From Candidatus Dojkabacteria bacterium (GTDB lineage: Bacteria > Patescibacteriota > Dojkabacteria > J137): a stretch of DNA of 64,000 nucleotides. The stretch is taken from positions 711,457 through 775,456 of the forward strand of contig AP024679.1 of the NCBI GenBank assembly GCA_025999215.1, read 5' to 3'. How positions within the stretch are numbered: position 1 is the first letter of the stretch; each line of letters begins with the position of its first letter. Positions 28,577-38,407 of this stretch are shown here, one piece after another. The translations under genes and the position numbers were made by a program. Below the pieces are notes generated by a model. It was not told where the DNA came from. It made no database searches and was given only the letters and a program-made list of their open reading frames with translations.

Positions 28577-29299
28577 ATGGTAAATTTTAATATTCCTCTA
28601 AATCCAGAAAATCGAAAAGGAAACAGCACTCAGGAATTAATCCGGTCACTTTGTGAAAAGTTAAAAAATATAGAGGACTTTGAAAAACTATATAGGACTT
28701 TTCAAGCATATTTAGAAAACAATGAAGAAAGTAATGTATTGAATCGGAAACAAGCTATAGCCACTACAATTTTTAATATTCTTAACAAATTTAATTCACC
28801 AACTGAAAACGATTTAGAAGAAAAAATAAATTTAATTGAGTTAATTTTAACTAATTTACTATTAGTTTTTACCTACTATTTGATTCAAACTAGTATTACT
28901 CAAGATAATGTTCAACTGCACCCTAACCAACATATTGCTATATCAGATTACATTATTATTGACATTTTAAATGCAATTACAAGATCCACTGATCAAATTT
29001 TTACTAACCGAGAAAAGACCCTAGAATCACATTTGGTTCCAAAAATGCAAAGAGTAAATTTATTATTCGCTTTGTTTAGTAGAACAGCAGTGAATAATAT
29101 GGATATAGAAGTTAATTATACCCAAGAAATAGAACAACTCCAGGCTAGAATACCTGATGATATTTTGAAACATATGTTAATGGAAGTTAAGAAAACTAAT
29201 TTAAATGTGATCGAAGACCCAAATCAAATTAATCCAATTATAGGTATTTTGAGGATTTTAAGAAAACTCTACAAACAGCTACCAAATTTAGAGCATTAA
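28577..29299 (+). CDS. Hypothetical protein
   Basis: 240-aa ORF with ordinary composition and no recognisable motif. Confidence 0.4.
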   Translation: MVNFNIPLNPENRKGNSTQELIRSLCEKLKNIEDFEKLYRTFQAYLENNEESNVLNRKQAIATTIFNILNKFNSPTENDLEEKINLIELILTNLLLVFTYYLIQTSITQDNVQLHPNQHIAISDYIIIDILNAITRSTDQIFTNREKTLESHLVPKMQRVNLLFALFSRTAVNNMDIEVNYTQEIEQLQARIPDDILKHMLMEVKKTNLNVIEDPNQINPIIGILRILRKLYKQLPNLEH

Positions 29300-29331
29300 A
29301 TTTTTCAATAAAAGACTTAATAATATCAATA

Positions 29332-29865
29332 TCAATTTTTAATTCTTTCACAAAAATAAACAATTTCATCAAAGACTTCTTTTACAAAACCTTCATACTC
29401 TTTATTTTTAATTTTACCAGTTTCATCAAACAAATCTTGCACTCTTGGGAACTGAACATCTTTGCTCAGCAATATCATACCCAATGTCCGTAAAACAGGA
29501 ATTAGATTTTCAATTACCCTTACTCCACCCCAATTACCTGAAGAAACACCAGCTAAACCCACAGGCTTTCTTTTGTAGTTATCAAAATCACTATCTAATA
29601 ACTTTTTAAGAGTACCAGGATAACCATGGTTATACTCAGGCACCACCAAAAAATAAGCATCAGCCCATTTGTTTATCTCTATCCATTCTTGGTTAGGATT
29701 TTTTCTTCCATCACTTTTATCAATTTCTAACTTTGAAGGATCAACTAACCTACACTCGACATTCTCTAGAGTATTTCCAAAATTTGTAATAAAGTTTGCC
29801 ACCACCAAGCTCATGCTACCAGTTCTGGCAGTGCCACAAACCACTGCAACTTTTACTTTATCCAT
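29332..29865 (-). CDS. NAD(P)H-dependent FMN reductase / flavodoxin-like oxidoreductase
   Basis: 177 aa. The N-terminal KVAVVCGTARTGS matches the flavodoxin-like nucleotide-binding loop of the SsuE/NQR family. Confidence 0.65.
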   Translation of the reverse strand: MDKVKVAVVCGTARTGSMSLVVANFITNFGNTLENVECRLVDPSKLEIDKSDGRKNPNQEWIEINKWADAYFLVVPEYNHGYPGTLKKLLDSDFDNYKRKPVGLAGVSSGNWGGVRVIENLIPVLRTLGMILLSKDVQFPRVQDLFDETGKIKNKEYEGFVKEVFDEIVYFCERIKN

Positions 29866-29890
29866 AAATTTTTATTGAAAAAATATTTAA

Positions 29891-30190
29891 TTAATCACAA
29901 TATGGAAAAATATCTTCTGTTTCATCCCCATAAATTTCCCTAAGTTCATCACATTGTTCAGAAAGCTTATCCTCAACAGCATCAATGCCAGCATCTGATG
30001 CGAAAAATCCTAATGCATAGAAACCTACACAACAGCATGCGCAACAAAAAAATATAAATCCTAAAACTCCCAAAATAATCAACAATGTTTTGTTATTTGA
30101 AGATGCTTGGGAAGTAGCATTATTTGATTTTTCTTGAACCTCAGTTGGCTCAACGGCTTCAACTTTTTTTTGATTTTTTTTCTCAGACAT
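29891..30190 (-). CDS. Small membrane protein with a poly-Cys TM motif and an acidic Cys-containing tail
   Basis: 99 aa. It has a single TM helix containing FFCCACCCVGF and a C-terminal SEQCDEL...FPYCD. Confidence 0.4.
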   Translation of the reverse strand: MSEKKNQKKVEAVEPTEVQEKSNNATSQASSNNKTLLIILGVLGFIFFCCACCCVGFYALGFFASDAGIDAVEDKLSEQCDELREIYGDETEDIFPYCD

Positions 30191-30215
30191 TAAATAAAAA
30201 TTAATAAATAATACA

Positions 30216-30286
30216 TTGCCGGGCAGGGACTCGAACCCCGATAAGCAGGACCAAAACCTGCTGTCCTACCATTAGACGACCCGGCA
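30216..30286 (-). tRNA. tRNA-Gln (anticodon TTG), CCA not encoded
   Basis: The reverse complement is TGCCGGGTCGTCTAATGGTAGGACAGCAGGTTTTGGTCCTGCTTATCGGGGTTCGAGTCCCTGCCCGGCAA. It has a U1:A72 acceptor pair typical of bacterial tRNA-Gln, an anticodon stem GCAGG/CCTGC and loop TTTTGGT. Confidence 0.8.
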
Positions 30287-30406
30287 GCAAGAACACTAGT
30301 TCATTATACATTAAATTGAGAAATTTTGAAATAGAAATAAAAGTACTAGACAAAAACATAAAATTATAAGATAATGCGGTATATATTAAATGTTAATTTA
30401 TAAAAA

Positions 30407-30985
30407 ATGGCTGTAGGATTAATTTTTCTTGTTGTTTGTCTTTGTTTGGTGTTTTTTTTCCTTGGGTTTGTTTTATATATTATTTCAGTTTACAACAAAC
30501 TTCAAAAACAACACGTTTTGGTTGATGAAGCTTGGAGTGGAATTGATGTGCAATTAAAAAGACGATTTGACTTAATACCTGATTTTATTGAATCAGTGAA
30601 AGGTTACAAGCAATTTGAAGCAGATACTTTAACAAAAGTTACTGAATTAAGATCAAAAATGATGGGAACTGATTCGCCAGAAAAATTAGCTATGTATGAA
30701 AATCAACTGTCATCCACGCTAAAATCTATCTTTGCTGTTGCTGAAAATTATCCAGAATTAAAGTCCAACACTATGTTTAGTGAATTTAACCAAGCTAATG
30801 ATAAGATTGAAGAAGCTATTCAGAGCGCTAGAAGATACTACAATGGAGCTGTAAGAGACTTAAACAGAATGATTGTTGTATTCCCAACAAATATCATTGC
30901 TAATTTTCTTGGAATTAAGAAAAGAGAATTTTTTGAGATTCAAGATGCTAGTCAACGTGAAGATGTGAAGGCTGATTTTAGTTAA
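30407..30985 (+). CDS. LemA family protein
   Basis: 192 aa with an N-terminal TM helix and a LemA-like conserved core (NKLQKQHVLVDEAWSGIDVQLKRRFDLIPDF...). Confidence 0.75.
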   Translation: MAVGLIFLVVCLCLVFFFLGFVLYIISVYNKLQKQHVLVDEAWSGIDVQLKRRFDLIPDFIESVKGYKQFEADTLTKVTELRSKMMGTDSPEKLAMYENQLSSTLKSIFAVAENYPELKSNTMFSEFNQANDKIEEAIQSARRYYNGAVRDLNRMIVVFPTNIIANFLGIKKREFFEIQDASQREDVKADFS

Positions 30986-31090
30986 AAAAGTCATAAGCCT
31001 TGTTACTAAAATTACAGAATCAAAGGATTAGTAAGTTTGAGATTGGAAAGATTGTTTAAGAGTGTAAAGTTATTTTGCAAAGAGAAGATA

Positions 31091-32014
31091 TCAATTTGAC
31101 AGGTTCATTTTTCTCTTTGCTTTCTCTTCTCTTCTTTTTCTCCAATATTCAACCTTGGGTTTACATTCATTGCTACAAGCCCCATTCATTTCTTTTTCAC
31201 AGTTCTCACAACAAATAAATCTTTTATTACACTCGGCATTTTCACAGTTTTTGTACCTCGCTACTTCAACTCCACAAATTTCACATTTTGAAATTATTTT
31301 TGGATTAACATGATTAACTGGTACATGAACTCTGCCATCAAAAACATACATCAATCCTTCAAAATTTTTTCCTCCAGTAATTTCTGAATATCTATGAATA
31401 CCCCCATGCAATTGTCTTACATTTTTAAAACCTTGCTCTCTTAGGTAAGCAGAAAATTTTTCACACCTTATTCCGCCTGTGCAGTAAGTAACCACAAGTT
31501 TATCTTTATAATTTTTTATCTTTTTAATCTGCTTTGGCAAATCTTTAAATACATCAATGTCAAAGTAAATTGCATTTTTAAATTTACCAATTCTTGCCTC
31601 ATACTCATTTCTTGCATCAATAATCACAAAATCTTCTCCCTTCTCATACAATTCTAAAAGCTCTTCTGGCTCAATGTATTGAGCTTTGTGTTCTAATGAA
31701 ACATCATTATTCTCCCTTTTCAGTCCAAGAGTTACTATCTCTTCTCTAACAACTACTCTCAATCTTGGAAACGCATCATCTGGTCCTTCTGATATCTTCC
31801 ATTCAATCCCTTTAAATTCAGGATACGACTCAGTTTCTCTCATATATTTCTCCACAGCATCAGGACTTCCACCAACTGTTCCATTTATTCCTTCTGAGGC
31901 AATTAAAATTCTACCTTTTAAATTTAATTTTTTACACAAATCATATTGTTTGTCTCTGATTTCTTGAGGGTTATCAATTTTAGTGTACTTATAGTAAAGT
32001 AAAATCTTTATCAT
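31091..32014 (-). CDS. trhO: Rhodanese-domain tRNA U34 hydroxylase TrhO (UPF0176/YceA family) with a Cys-rich C-terminal extension
   Basis: 307 aa. The N-terminal MIKILLYYKY...ILIASEGINGT is typical of the family. It has the rhodanese active-site Cys (TYCTGGIRCEK) and a C-terminal CEICG...CENC...CSNEC cluster. Confidence 0.7.
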   Translation of the reverse strand: MIKILLYYKYTKIDNPQEIRDKQYDLCKKLNLKGRILIASEGINGTVGGSPDAVEKYMRETESYPEFKGIEWKISEGPDDAFPRLRVVVREEIVTLGLKRENNDVSLEHKAQYIEPEELLELYEKGEDFVIIDARNEYEARIGKFKNAIYFDIDVFKDLPKQIKKIKNYKDKLVVTYCTGGIRCEKFSAYLREQGFKNVRQLHGGIHRYSEITGGKNFEGLMYVFDGRVHVPVNHVNPKIISKCEICGVEVARYKNCENAECNKRFICCENCEKEMNGACSNECKPKVEYWRKRREEKAKRKMNLSN

Positions 32015-32052
32015 CGTAAAATTTTAACTTCTTAATTATATCAAATTTTTCT

Positions 32053-33828
32053 TTACTTTGTAGGGACATCTAAATATTCTCTAATCGCATTGAAAGTTTC
32101 CATCCAAACAATTCTTGCGTTGTGAAAAGCAAGTCGCGGATATTCTGGCAAGTTTGGATCTTCTAGTCTTACAAGCATTATAAATGTTTTTCTATCTGAT
32201 GCATCAAACCCAATGTATGAAGCATTTATTCTATCACTGTAACCTGTATTTGTAGCAATTAACCCGGTTCCTGATTTTGCGGCAATATTATAATTTTTGA
32301 GATGTTGATAATAATATTCGCTTGATAAAATACTCCTATTGTAAAACTCATTCATAATAACTTTTAATTCATCCGCTGTTTTTTTTGAGATGACATTACT
32401 ATCAACGATTTCTGGTTGAAAAACTTTTACATTACCTTGCGAGTCTACAATTTTGGTTATTAAATGTGGCTTCATTCTTACCCCATCATTGGCAACTGTA
32501 GCTACAGCTTCTGTTATTTGAACTGCGTTAACAAGGTAACCATGACCATACGAAAAAGCTGATACATCTCCAACATTCCATTGAGAAAAATTTTTAAGCT
32601 CACCATAAGACTCACCTTGTAAATCTATTCCTGTAGGTGAACCGATTCCAAAATCTTTCAAATAATTATAAAAATCTTCGTTATTCATTCTATCTGCAAG
32701 GTAATAAAAACATAAATTATCTGATGTTATCAAACATTCACTCACTGGCATTGGCGGTTTAGGTTTTTTATCCCATGTACAAACTGGTTTTAGGTCGCGA
32801 GATATCTCTTCGCAACCATTGTGTCCATTTTCTAAAATAACTGTATCAGGCTCCACAGTTTCGTTGTCAAGCGCAGCTGCAAGTGTTAAAACTTTACCGA
32901 TGGAACCTACTTCATAAGGTTCAGTGATAGCAATATTTCCATAGACTTCTGGATTATTTTCTCGAACATTTGGATCATAAGATGGCCAATTTGCTAAAGC
33001 AAGTATTTCTCCAGTCTTGGGATCCATTATAACTATAGTTCCGGCTTTAGCTTCGTATTTTTCAACCCCCCATTTTATTTTTTCTTCGGCAACTTTTTGT
33101 AAATATTTATCAATCGAAATATAAATTGAACTACCGTTCTTTGGTTCAATTGTTGGAAGCAATGCAGAAGATATTGCTTGGCCATTTACATCGCTTTCTT
33201 TTATCAAAAACCCTTTTACGGGATTTAAAATCCTATCCCAGTATCCTTCTAATCCTCCAACACCAATTACATTGTCCTTATATTTTGTAGTTAATCCAAT
33301 CACCTGTGATGCCAAATAGCCTTCTGGATAATTCCTTGTTGAAGTGTAATCAAACCTCAATCCGTTCAGTGTGTATTCTTTGTTTGAATTAGATCGCAAA
33401 TTATTTAATTTTTCCCATTTTTCAGCTGGAATTCCATCAGCTATCTTAAACCATAAAATATTATTTTCTTCATAATATTCTCTTATTTTTTTATTAAGTT
33501 TTTCTGGAGTAAGATCAATTATTGGAGCTACCTGATTTATAAAATCATCTCTTGTTTGTAATCCCTTATCTTCAAAAAAAAGCAAATCCTCCATCCAAAT
33601 GTAAACATCAAATCTTGGCTCTGAGAAAGCTAATGTAGAGCCGTCACGTGCATAAATGGTGCCTCTTAGTGAATCTATTTCAGAAACATATACTCTTGAT
33701 TCTTGAATTTCCTTAAATTTTGAAGCATCTAAAACTTGCCATTTAAAACTTGCCAACAGAAGAATTAACGAAAATATGAAAGATACAAAATAAATTTTAT
33801 TAATTTTTGAAGCGTTGGTCATTTTCAT
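32053..33828 (-). CDS. ftsI: Penicillin-binding protein 2/3-type transpeptidase (FtsI-like)
   Basis: 591 aa with an N-terminal TM anchor and the SxxK (SIGK), SxN (SDN) and KSG(T) transpeptidase motifs. It lies in the dcw cluster after ftsL. Confidence 0.8.
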   Translation of the reverse strand: MKMTNASKINKIYFVSFIFSLILLLASFKWQVLDASKFKEIQESRVYVSEIDSLRGTIYARDGSTLAFSEPRFDVYIWMEDLLFFEDKGLQTRDDFINQVAPIIDLTPEKLNKKIREYYEENNILWFKIADGIPAEKWEKLNNLRSNSNKEYTLNGLRFDYTSTRNYPEGYLASQVIGLTTKYKDNVIGVGGLEGYWDRILNPVKGFLIKESDVNGQAISSALLPTIEPKNGSSIYISIDKYLQKVAEEKIKWGVEKYEAKAGTIVIMDPKTGEILALANWPSYDPNVRENNPEVYGNIAITEPYEVGSIGKVLTLAAALDNETVEPDTVILENGHNGCEEISRDLKPVCTWDKKPKPPMPVSECLITSDNLCFYYLADRMNNEDFYNYLKDFGIGSPTGIDLQGESYGELKNFSQWNVGDVSAFSYGHGYLVNAVQITEAVATVANDGVRMKPHLITKIVDSQGNVKVFQPEIVDSNVISKKTADELKVIMNEFYNRSILSSEYYYQHLKNYNIAAKSGTGLIATNTGYSDRINASYIGFDASDRKTFIMLVRLEDPNLPEYPRLAFHNARIVWMETFNAIREYLDVPTK

Positions 33829-34157
33829 TATAAACTTGCTAATTCATTTGTATTATCTCCTTGTAGCACTGTAACTGGCTTTATTGTCAAATTATTTTCT
33901 TTTGCAATGGATTCTGATCTATTTAATGATTTTAAACTATCTATTTCTGCTCTCAAGATTTCTGTTTGCAATCTTATTTCATCTTTCTGTCTTCTAATTT
34001 CTTCTATTTCAACAGATTTCGTGCCTATGATGCTAGTTTTGCCAACCTGGATTACTATAAAAACCACAAGAAGAATTATGTTCAAAATAAACAAACTTTT
34101 GTTTAACGATTGTAAATTATTTTTTTGTTTAGTCATTTTGTATCTTTTTAACTCCAA
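33828..34157 (-). CDS. ftsL: FtsL/DivIC-like cell division protein
   Basis: 109 aa, with a single TM helix followed by a coiled-coil segment. It sits between rsmH and ftsI. Confidence 0.5.
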   Translation of the reverse strand: MELKRYKMTKQKNNLQSLNKSLFILNIILLVVFIVIQVGKTSIIGTKSVEIEEIRRQKDEIRLQTEILRAEIDSLKSLNRSESIAKENNLTIKPVTVLQGDNTNELASL

Positions 34158-35016
34158 ATAATTTTGCGCTTCGAGCCCTTAAGTTATTTTTTATTTCGTT
34201 AACGGATGGTCGAATAAATAAACCGAAAGAACTATCAGTAATGGGCTCGCACTTCCCTGCAGCTAAATTACTCTTAATAAAATCGTCTACAATGACTTCT
34301 TCACCAGAATGAAATGTTATTATTAAGAGTACTCCACCAACTTTTAAAATAGGAAAAGAATCTGGCAGTGTTTTCTTTAGAATGGACAGTTCTTGATTAA
34401 CTGCGATTCTCAAAGCTTGGAATACTCTAGAAACTAAATTAGAATATTCGCTTGCAGGGAAGTGCGAACTAACTACTTCCCTCAAATCCTTTACGGTTTT
34501 AAAGAGCTTTATTTTTCTTTGACTAACTATTTCGTTTGTTAACTTATTTAATTTATGACCTCTTATGTCGGCATAATCCTCAAATAGCTTTTTTAATTCT
34601 TTTTTTCCTAATGCATTCAATAAATCACCTGCAGTTACTCCTAATGTTTGATCGAAACGCATATCTAACAAATCTTTACTTCTTTTATGAGATAATCCCG
34701 GTAAAGTTTCTAACTGATCACTTGACCAACCCAAATCAAAAATTATCCCATCAACCCTTTCAACTACATAATTTTTAAGGTTCGAAAAATTATCGTTTAT
34801 CAAAGTTAATCTATCATCATCACCAACCCTATCTTTAAAATTTTGAATTGATAAAGGGTCTATATCAAAGCAATATAACTTTCCTTTTTTTAACTTTTCT
34901 AAAATTTTTAAAGAGTGTCCGCCTGCACCAAGAGTACAATCCACATACACTCCATTTTCTTTAATTTCTAAAAGATCAATAACTTCTTTTTGTAATACGC
35001 TTATATGTTCTGTCAT
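34129..35016 (-). CDS. rsmH: 16S rRNA (cytosine1402-N4)-methyltransferase RsmH (MraW)
   Basis: 295 aa starting HISVLQKEV...YVDCTLGAGGHS, the SAM-binding motif of the family. It immediately follows mraZ. Confidence 0.9.
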   Translation of the reverse strand: MTEHISVLQKEVIDLLEIKENGVYVDCTLGAGGHSLKILEKLKKGKLYCFDIDPLSIQNFKDRVGDDDRLTLINDNFSNLKNYVVERVDGIIFDLGWSSDQLETLPGLSHKRSKDLLDMRFDQTLGVTAGDLLNALGKKELKKLFEDYADIRGHKLNKLTNEIVSQRKIKLFKTVKDLREVVSSHFPASEYSNLVSRVFQALRIAVNQELSILKKTLPDSFPILKVGGVLLIITFHSGEEVIVDDFIKSNLAAGKCEPITDSSFGLFIRPSVNEIKNNLRARSAKLFGVKKIQND

Positions 35017-35438
35017 TATGTACTTAATCTATCTGCAATTTCTGATGCATTATTTGTTAAATTTTCTAACTTAGCATCCCACGATGCTTCATCCCAAACC
35101 TCAATCCACTCTCCAACCCCCAAAAACACTATTTTATCTTCAATTCCACTAAACAATCTCAAACTATCTGGTATTACAAAGCGACCTTGTTTGTCTAATT
35201 CAACTTCAAAAGCTCCTCCTATCAAATACCTTTTAGTGTCTCTCACATCCATTTTGAGTAAAGGGTTTTGGTTTATTTTTTGTAATAAACCATCCCAATG
35301 TTTTTTATCGAGCATCAAAATACACTTTTCATAACCTCTGGTTAAAATCACCTCATTATCTAATTCTTTTCTCAAATTCTTAGGTAGAGCTACTCTATTT
35401 TTTTCACTTAATTGTGTTCTATATTCTCCTAGATACAT
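35016..35438 (-). CDS. mraZ: Transcriptional regulator MraZ
   Basis: It has two tandem MraZ/SpoVT-AbrB-like repeats (MYLGEY...KNRVALP; ELDKQGRFVIP). The track ORF starts at a TTG at 35441, but the likely start is the ATG at 35438. Confidence 0.85.
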   Translation of the reverse strand: MYLGEYRTQLSEKNRVALPKNLRKELDNEVILTRGYEKCILMLDKKHWDGLLQKINQNPLLKMDVRDTKRYLIGGAFEVELDKQGRFVIPDSLRLFSGIEDKIVFLGVGEWIEVWDEASWDAKLENLTNNASEIADRLST

Positions 35439-35459
35439 CAATTTGTTTTAACCTACAGA

Positions 35460-35489
35460 ATTATACCCCAATTCACCACTTTTCACCAC
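35460..35489 (-). promoter_or_regulatory. mraZ promoter: -10 TATAAT plus two 10-bp-spaced GTGGTG MraZ-box direct repeats
   Basis: The minus strand reads AAAAGTGGTG-AAAAGTGGTG-AATTGGGGTATAAT, ending about 21 nt upstream of the mraZ ATG. GTGG[T/G]G repeats with helical-turn spacing are the described MraZ binding boxes. Confidence 0.5.
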
Positions 35490-35579
35490 TTTTATCCATA
35501 TTAAAGTTTTGTAAACAAGCTGTCAAGAAAAATAAGCCTTTTTTTTAAAAAAAAATTTTTGTAATATTAACTTGGATAA

Positions 35580-37706
35580 TTATTTAGAAAATTCCCATTT
35601 GTGGATATTTAGGAATCTTTCTTCTAAAGAAGTAGCTCTGGAGAGATCAATATTCTGAACTTTATTAGTAAAATAAATAAATTTAGGATGGTATAAAAAT
35701 ACAACAGGGAAATCCCGAATTAACAAATTCTGAAATTCGTTGTATTCTTCTTTTCGGCGATTTTTAGCTAAAACCGGATCAAAACTTCTAGTTTCATCTA
35801 AAATTCTATCAACTTTAGGAACCCTAGCTAGAGCATCGTCACTATTTTGCCTATCTTGTAGAGATAAAACTTGCACACTCTCCACAGTTCCCGTGTAACC
35901 AGATATATTTAAACCAGGATGTGTTTGTTGAGAACTATGAAAAAGTTCATACCTGTCAGGATCCACAAAAGTTTCCATCCCATATAAAATCACATCAAAA
36001 AGTCGTGGCGCTAGCACTTGATTATTTAATTCTTCAAGTGTCCAACCCGCAGGAGCATCTTCATCATTTTCTTGTCCAGGATGTTCCCTTCTATCAATGT
36101 TTACTTTAATTCCAACTCGTTTAAGATCATTTTTAATTGCTTGCGCAATATTTTTTCTATCAAAACTATCTACAAAATATAAATTAAATTCCATGATTTC
36201 ACCGTTCCTTACTCTATACTCATTTCCCGGCAACAACTTCCAATCAGTTTCATCTAAAATTTTTGAGGCAAAATTAGGATTGTATTCTAACCATACCCCT
36301 TCAATATCAACATTAATTCCATTTTTTCTTAAAATATTATTTGCAAGCTCTTTATTTTCTTCAAAAGTTAAATTACCATCATATTTAAAATTTTCTTGAC
36401 TTAAAATTTCTTGTACTCTTTCTTGATTTTCACCTAGCCAAAGTGAGGCAAAATTAAAAAAATCTGACCTAAAACTTATTGGACCTAACGCTATCTTACC
36501 AGCTCCTAGTAAAGAATTTTGAATAATTGCCTCCCTATTGATCGCAAAACTGATAGCCTTTCTAATCTCTACATCCTGCAAAAATTCTTTGGAAACTGCT
36601 CTACCGTTCGGATCTTTTCTTAAATTAAAATAAAGTCCCCAATATTGTTGATCAATCATTTCACTCAAATTAGTTTCGATGTACTTATATTTTTTAATAT
36701 CGTTCAAATATTCAACAGATATTGTAGGTAGAGAGTTAATTTCACTATTTTTCAAAGCAATTATTGCATCATCTAAAGTTTTGAAAAATTTAAATTCAAT
36801 TTTTTTTATGGTTGGAGAAGAAGTTTTATCATGGTGTAAATCAAAATACTCTAATTTGGTTGAATTACTGCTAGCCCCTGCAAACTTGTATTTTCCTGTT
36901 CCTATTGGTGTTCTAAAGAGAGATGGCTGATTGGTATTGATTGTTTGAGAGTTTATATCGGAAATTTTATGTTTGGGTAAAATTTTCACTCCTATTAACT
37001 CAAGAAAGTTTGAAAAAATCGGGCTATCTGAACCCGCGTTACAAAAATTGTTATTTTCATTTTTGGTACATATTCTTAAGTTATAGTCATCTATTTTTTC
37101 CCATTGAAGCTGCTTGATTGCCTGAATTGAAGGGTTCGAAACGTTTAAACTCGAAATTAAATCAAATGTTGCCACCACATCATCAGCGTTAAATTCTTTA
37201 CCATCGTGCCAAAGCACATTTTTCTTCAACCTAAACTGATAATCTGCTCCCTCTCGAAACTTTATAATCTCTTCAACTAACACAGGTGAAATTTCTGCAG
37301 TACCAGTATTGGGATTAAGAGAATATCTAATCAAAGGCTCGTAAATAAGTTCAGACATATCTTTTTCAAGCTGAATGTTTGATGCAATGATAGGATTGAC
37401 TTTGTTTATTCTTTGAACATCACCATTTTCATTTACTCCCATAACAACTCCCTCAATTAAAGTATCTCGAGAAGAATTTGACTGAACAAAAGCTGGAAGA
37501 TTCAAGAAAGATAAAAAAAATATCAAGTTCAAAATAAATGATAAAACAAAATGGGAATAAGGAATAAACCAATTATAAATTTTTTTGAATTTGTGAGCTA
37601 AAGATAATTCTCCAAAAAATAAAACCTCAGGATACCTCCACATCAAATCCCGAAGTAAATACACCAACTTCTCAATGTAAAAAAATATATTTAGAAATCT
37701 AAACAT
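35580..37706 (-). CDS. ABC transporter substrate-binding protein, family 5 (OppA/DppA/NikA-like)
   Basis: 708 aa with an N-terminal signal anchor. An SBP_bac_5-type core is recognisable (LKKNVLWHDGKEFNADDVVATFD and related segments). Confidence 0.65.
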   Translation of the reverse strand: MFRFLNIFFYIEKLVYLLRDLMWRYPEVLFFGELSLAHKFKKIYNWFIPYSHFVLSFILNLIFFLSFLNLPAFVQSNSSRDTLIEGVVMGVNENGDVQRINKVNPIIASNIQLEKDMSELIYEPLIRYSLNPNTGTAEISPVLVEEIIKFREGADYQFRLKKNVLWHDGKEFNADDVVATFDLISSLNVSNPSIQAIKQLQWEKIDDYNLRICTKNENNNFCNAGSDSPIFSNFLELIGVKILPKHKISDINSQTINTNQPSLFRTPIGTGKYKFAGASSNSTKLEYFDLHHDKTSSPTIKKIEFKFFKTLDDAIIALKNSEINSLPTISVEYLNDIKKYKYIETNLSEMIDQQYWGLYFNLRKDPNGRAVSKEFLQDVEIRKAISFAINREAIIQNSLLGAGKIALGPISFRSDFFNFASLWLGENQERVQEILSQENFKYDGNLTFEENKELANNILRKNGINVDIEGVWLEYNPNFASKILDETDWKLLPGNEYRVRNGEIMEFNLYFVDSFDRKNIAQAIKNDLKRVGIKVNIDRREHPGQENDEDAPAGWTLEELNNQVLAPRLFDVILYGMETFVDPDRYELFHSSQQTHPGLNISGYTGTVESVQVLSLQDRQNSDDALARVPKVDRILDETRSFDPVLAKNRRKEEYNEFQNLLIRDFPVVFLYHPKFIYFTNKVQNIDLSRATSLEERFLNIHKWEFSK

Positions 37707-37932
37707 TTACTAACCCTACTGCTAGGGATAATATTACAAATACAATGGAAAGAATAATAGTTGCATTGTACAAAAAAGCTTCAAAACCTCTTCTTGATTT
37801 ATATAAACCACTATCGCCACTTCCTCCAAAAACACTACCCAAACCACCACCACGCTGCTGCAACAATACCGCTAAAATCAACAATATACTTACAAAAAAC
37901 AAAGCGTATTTTAAAATTACATCAATAGTCAT
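37699..37932 (-). CDS. secG: Preprotein translocase subunit SecG
   Basis: 77 aa with two TM helices flanking the Gly-rich loop LLQQRGGGLGSVFGGSG. Confidence 0.75.
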   Translation of the reverse strand: MTIDVILKYALFFVSILLILAVLLQQRGGGLGSVFGGSGDSGLYKSRRGFEAFLYNATIILSIVFVILSLAVGLVNV

Positions 37933-37980
37933 AAATTCTAAATTAATTAGACAGATTTTAGCATAAATAATTTTAAAAAA

Positions 37981-38385
37981 CTATTTAGATTGACTCAAAG
38001 TCTCCATTATCATGCTCAAAGTTGCAGATACTACACTTAGCACCATAAAAGCCACTGTTCTATCTTCCATTCTAAAGTCAAGACTCTCTATGCCTGTTTC
38101 AACTACTCCGTTTGAAGCAACAGTCAAAAATTCAGTTAAATAAAAGCCAACAAAATAAAATAAAAATGCAGCAACAACTCCAATTAAGATTAATGAACCT
38201 GCATTAACTGGCAGCTTAAAAAACTTCAAAATGATGGGAAGAGATGCCATTAATAAACCAAATAACAATCCTACAAAAATCTTATCAACCATAGTGTTAT
38301 TTCGAACAGCAATGGTATCTTGAAAAAGACTAATCAAGAAAAAAAATAAAAGAGTATTTCTAAGTGTAACGTATAAAAACATCAT
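37981..38385 (-). CDS. Hypothetical membrane protein
   Basis: 134 aa with 4 predicted TM helices. Confidence 0.4.
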   Translation of the reverse strand: MMFLYVTLRNTLLFFFLISLFQDTIAVRNNTMVDKIFVGLLFGLLMASLPIILKFFKLPVNAGSLILIGVVAAFLFYFVGFYLTEFLTVASNGVVETGIESLDFRMEDRTVAFMVLSVVSATLSMIMETLSQSK

Positions 38386-38407
38386 TTTAAAATAAATAAC
38401 AAATAAA

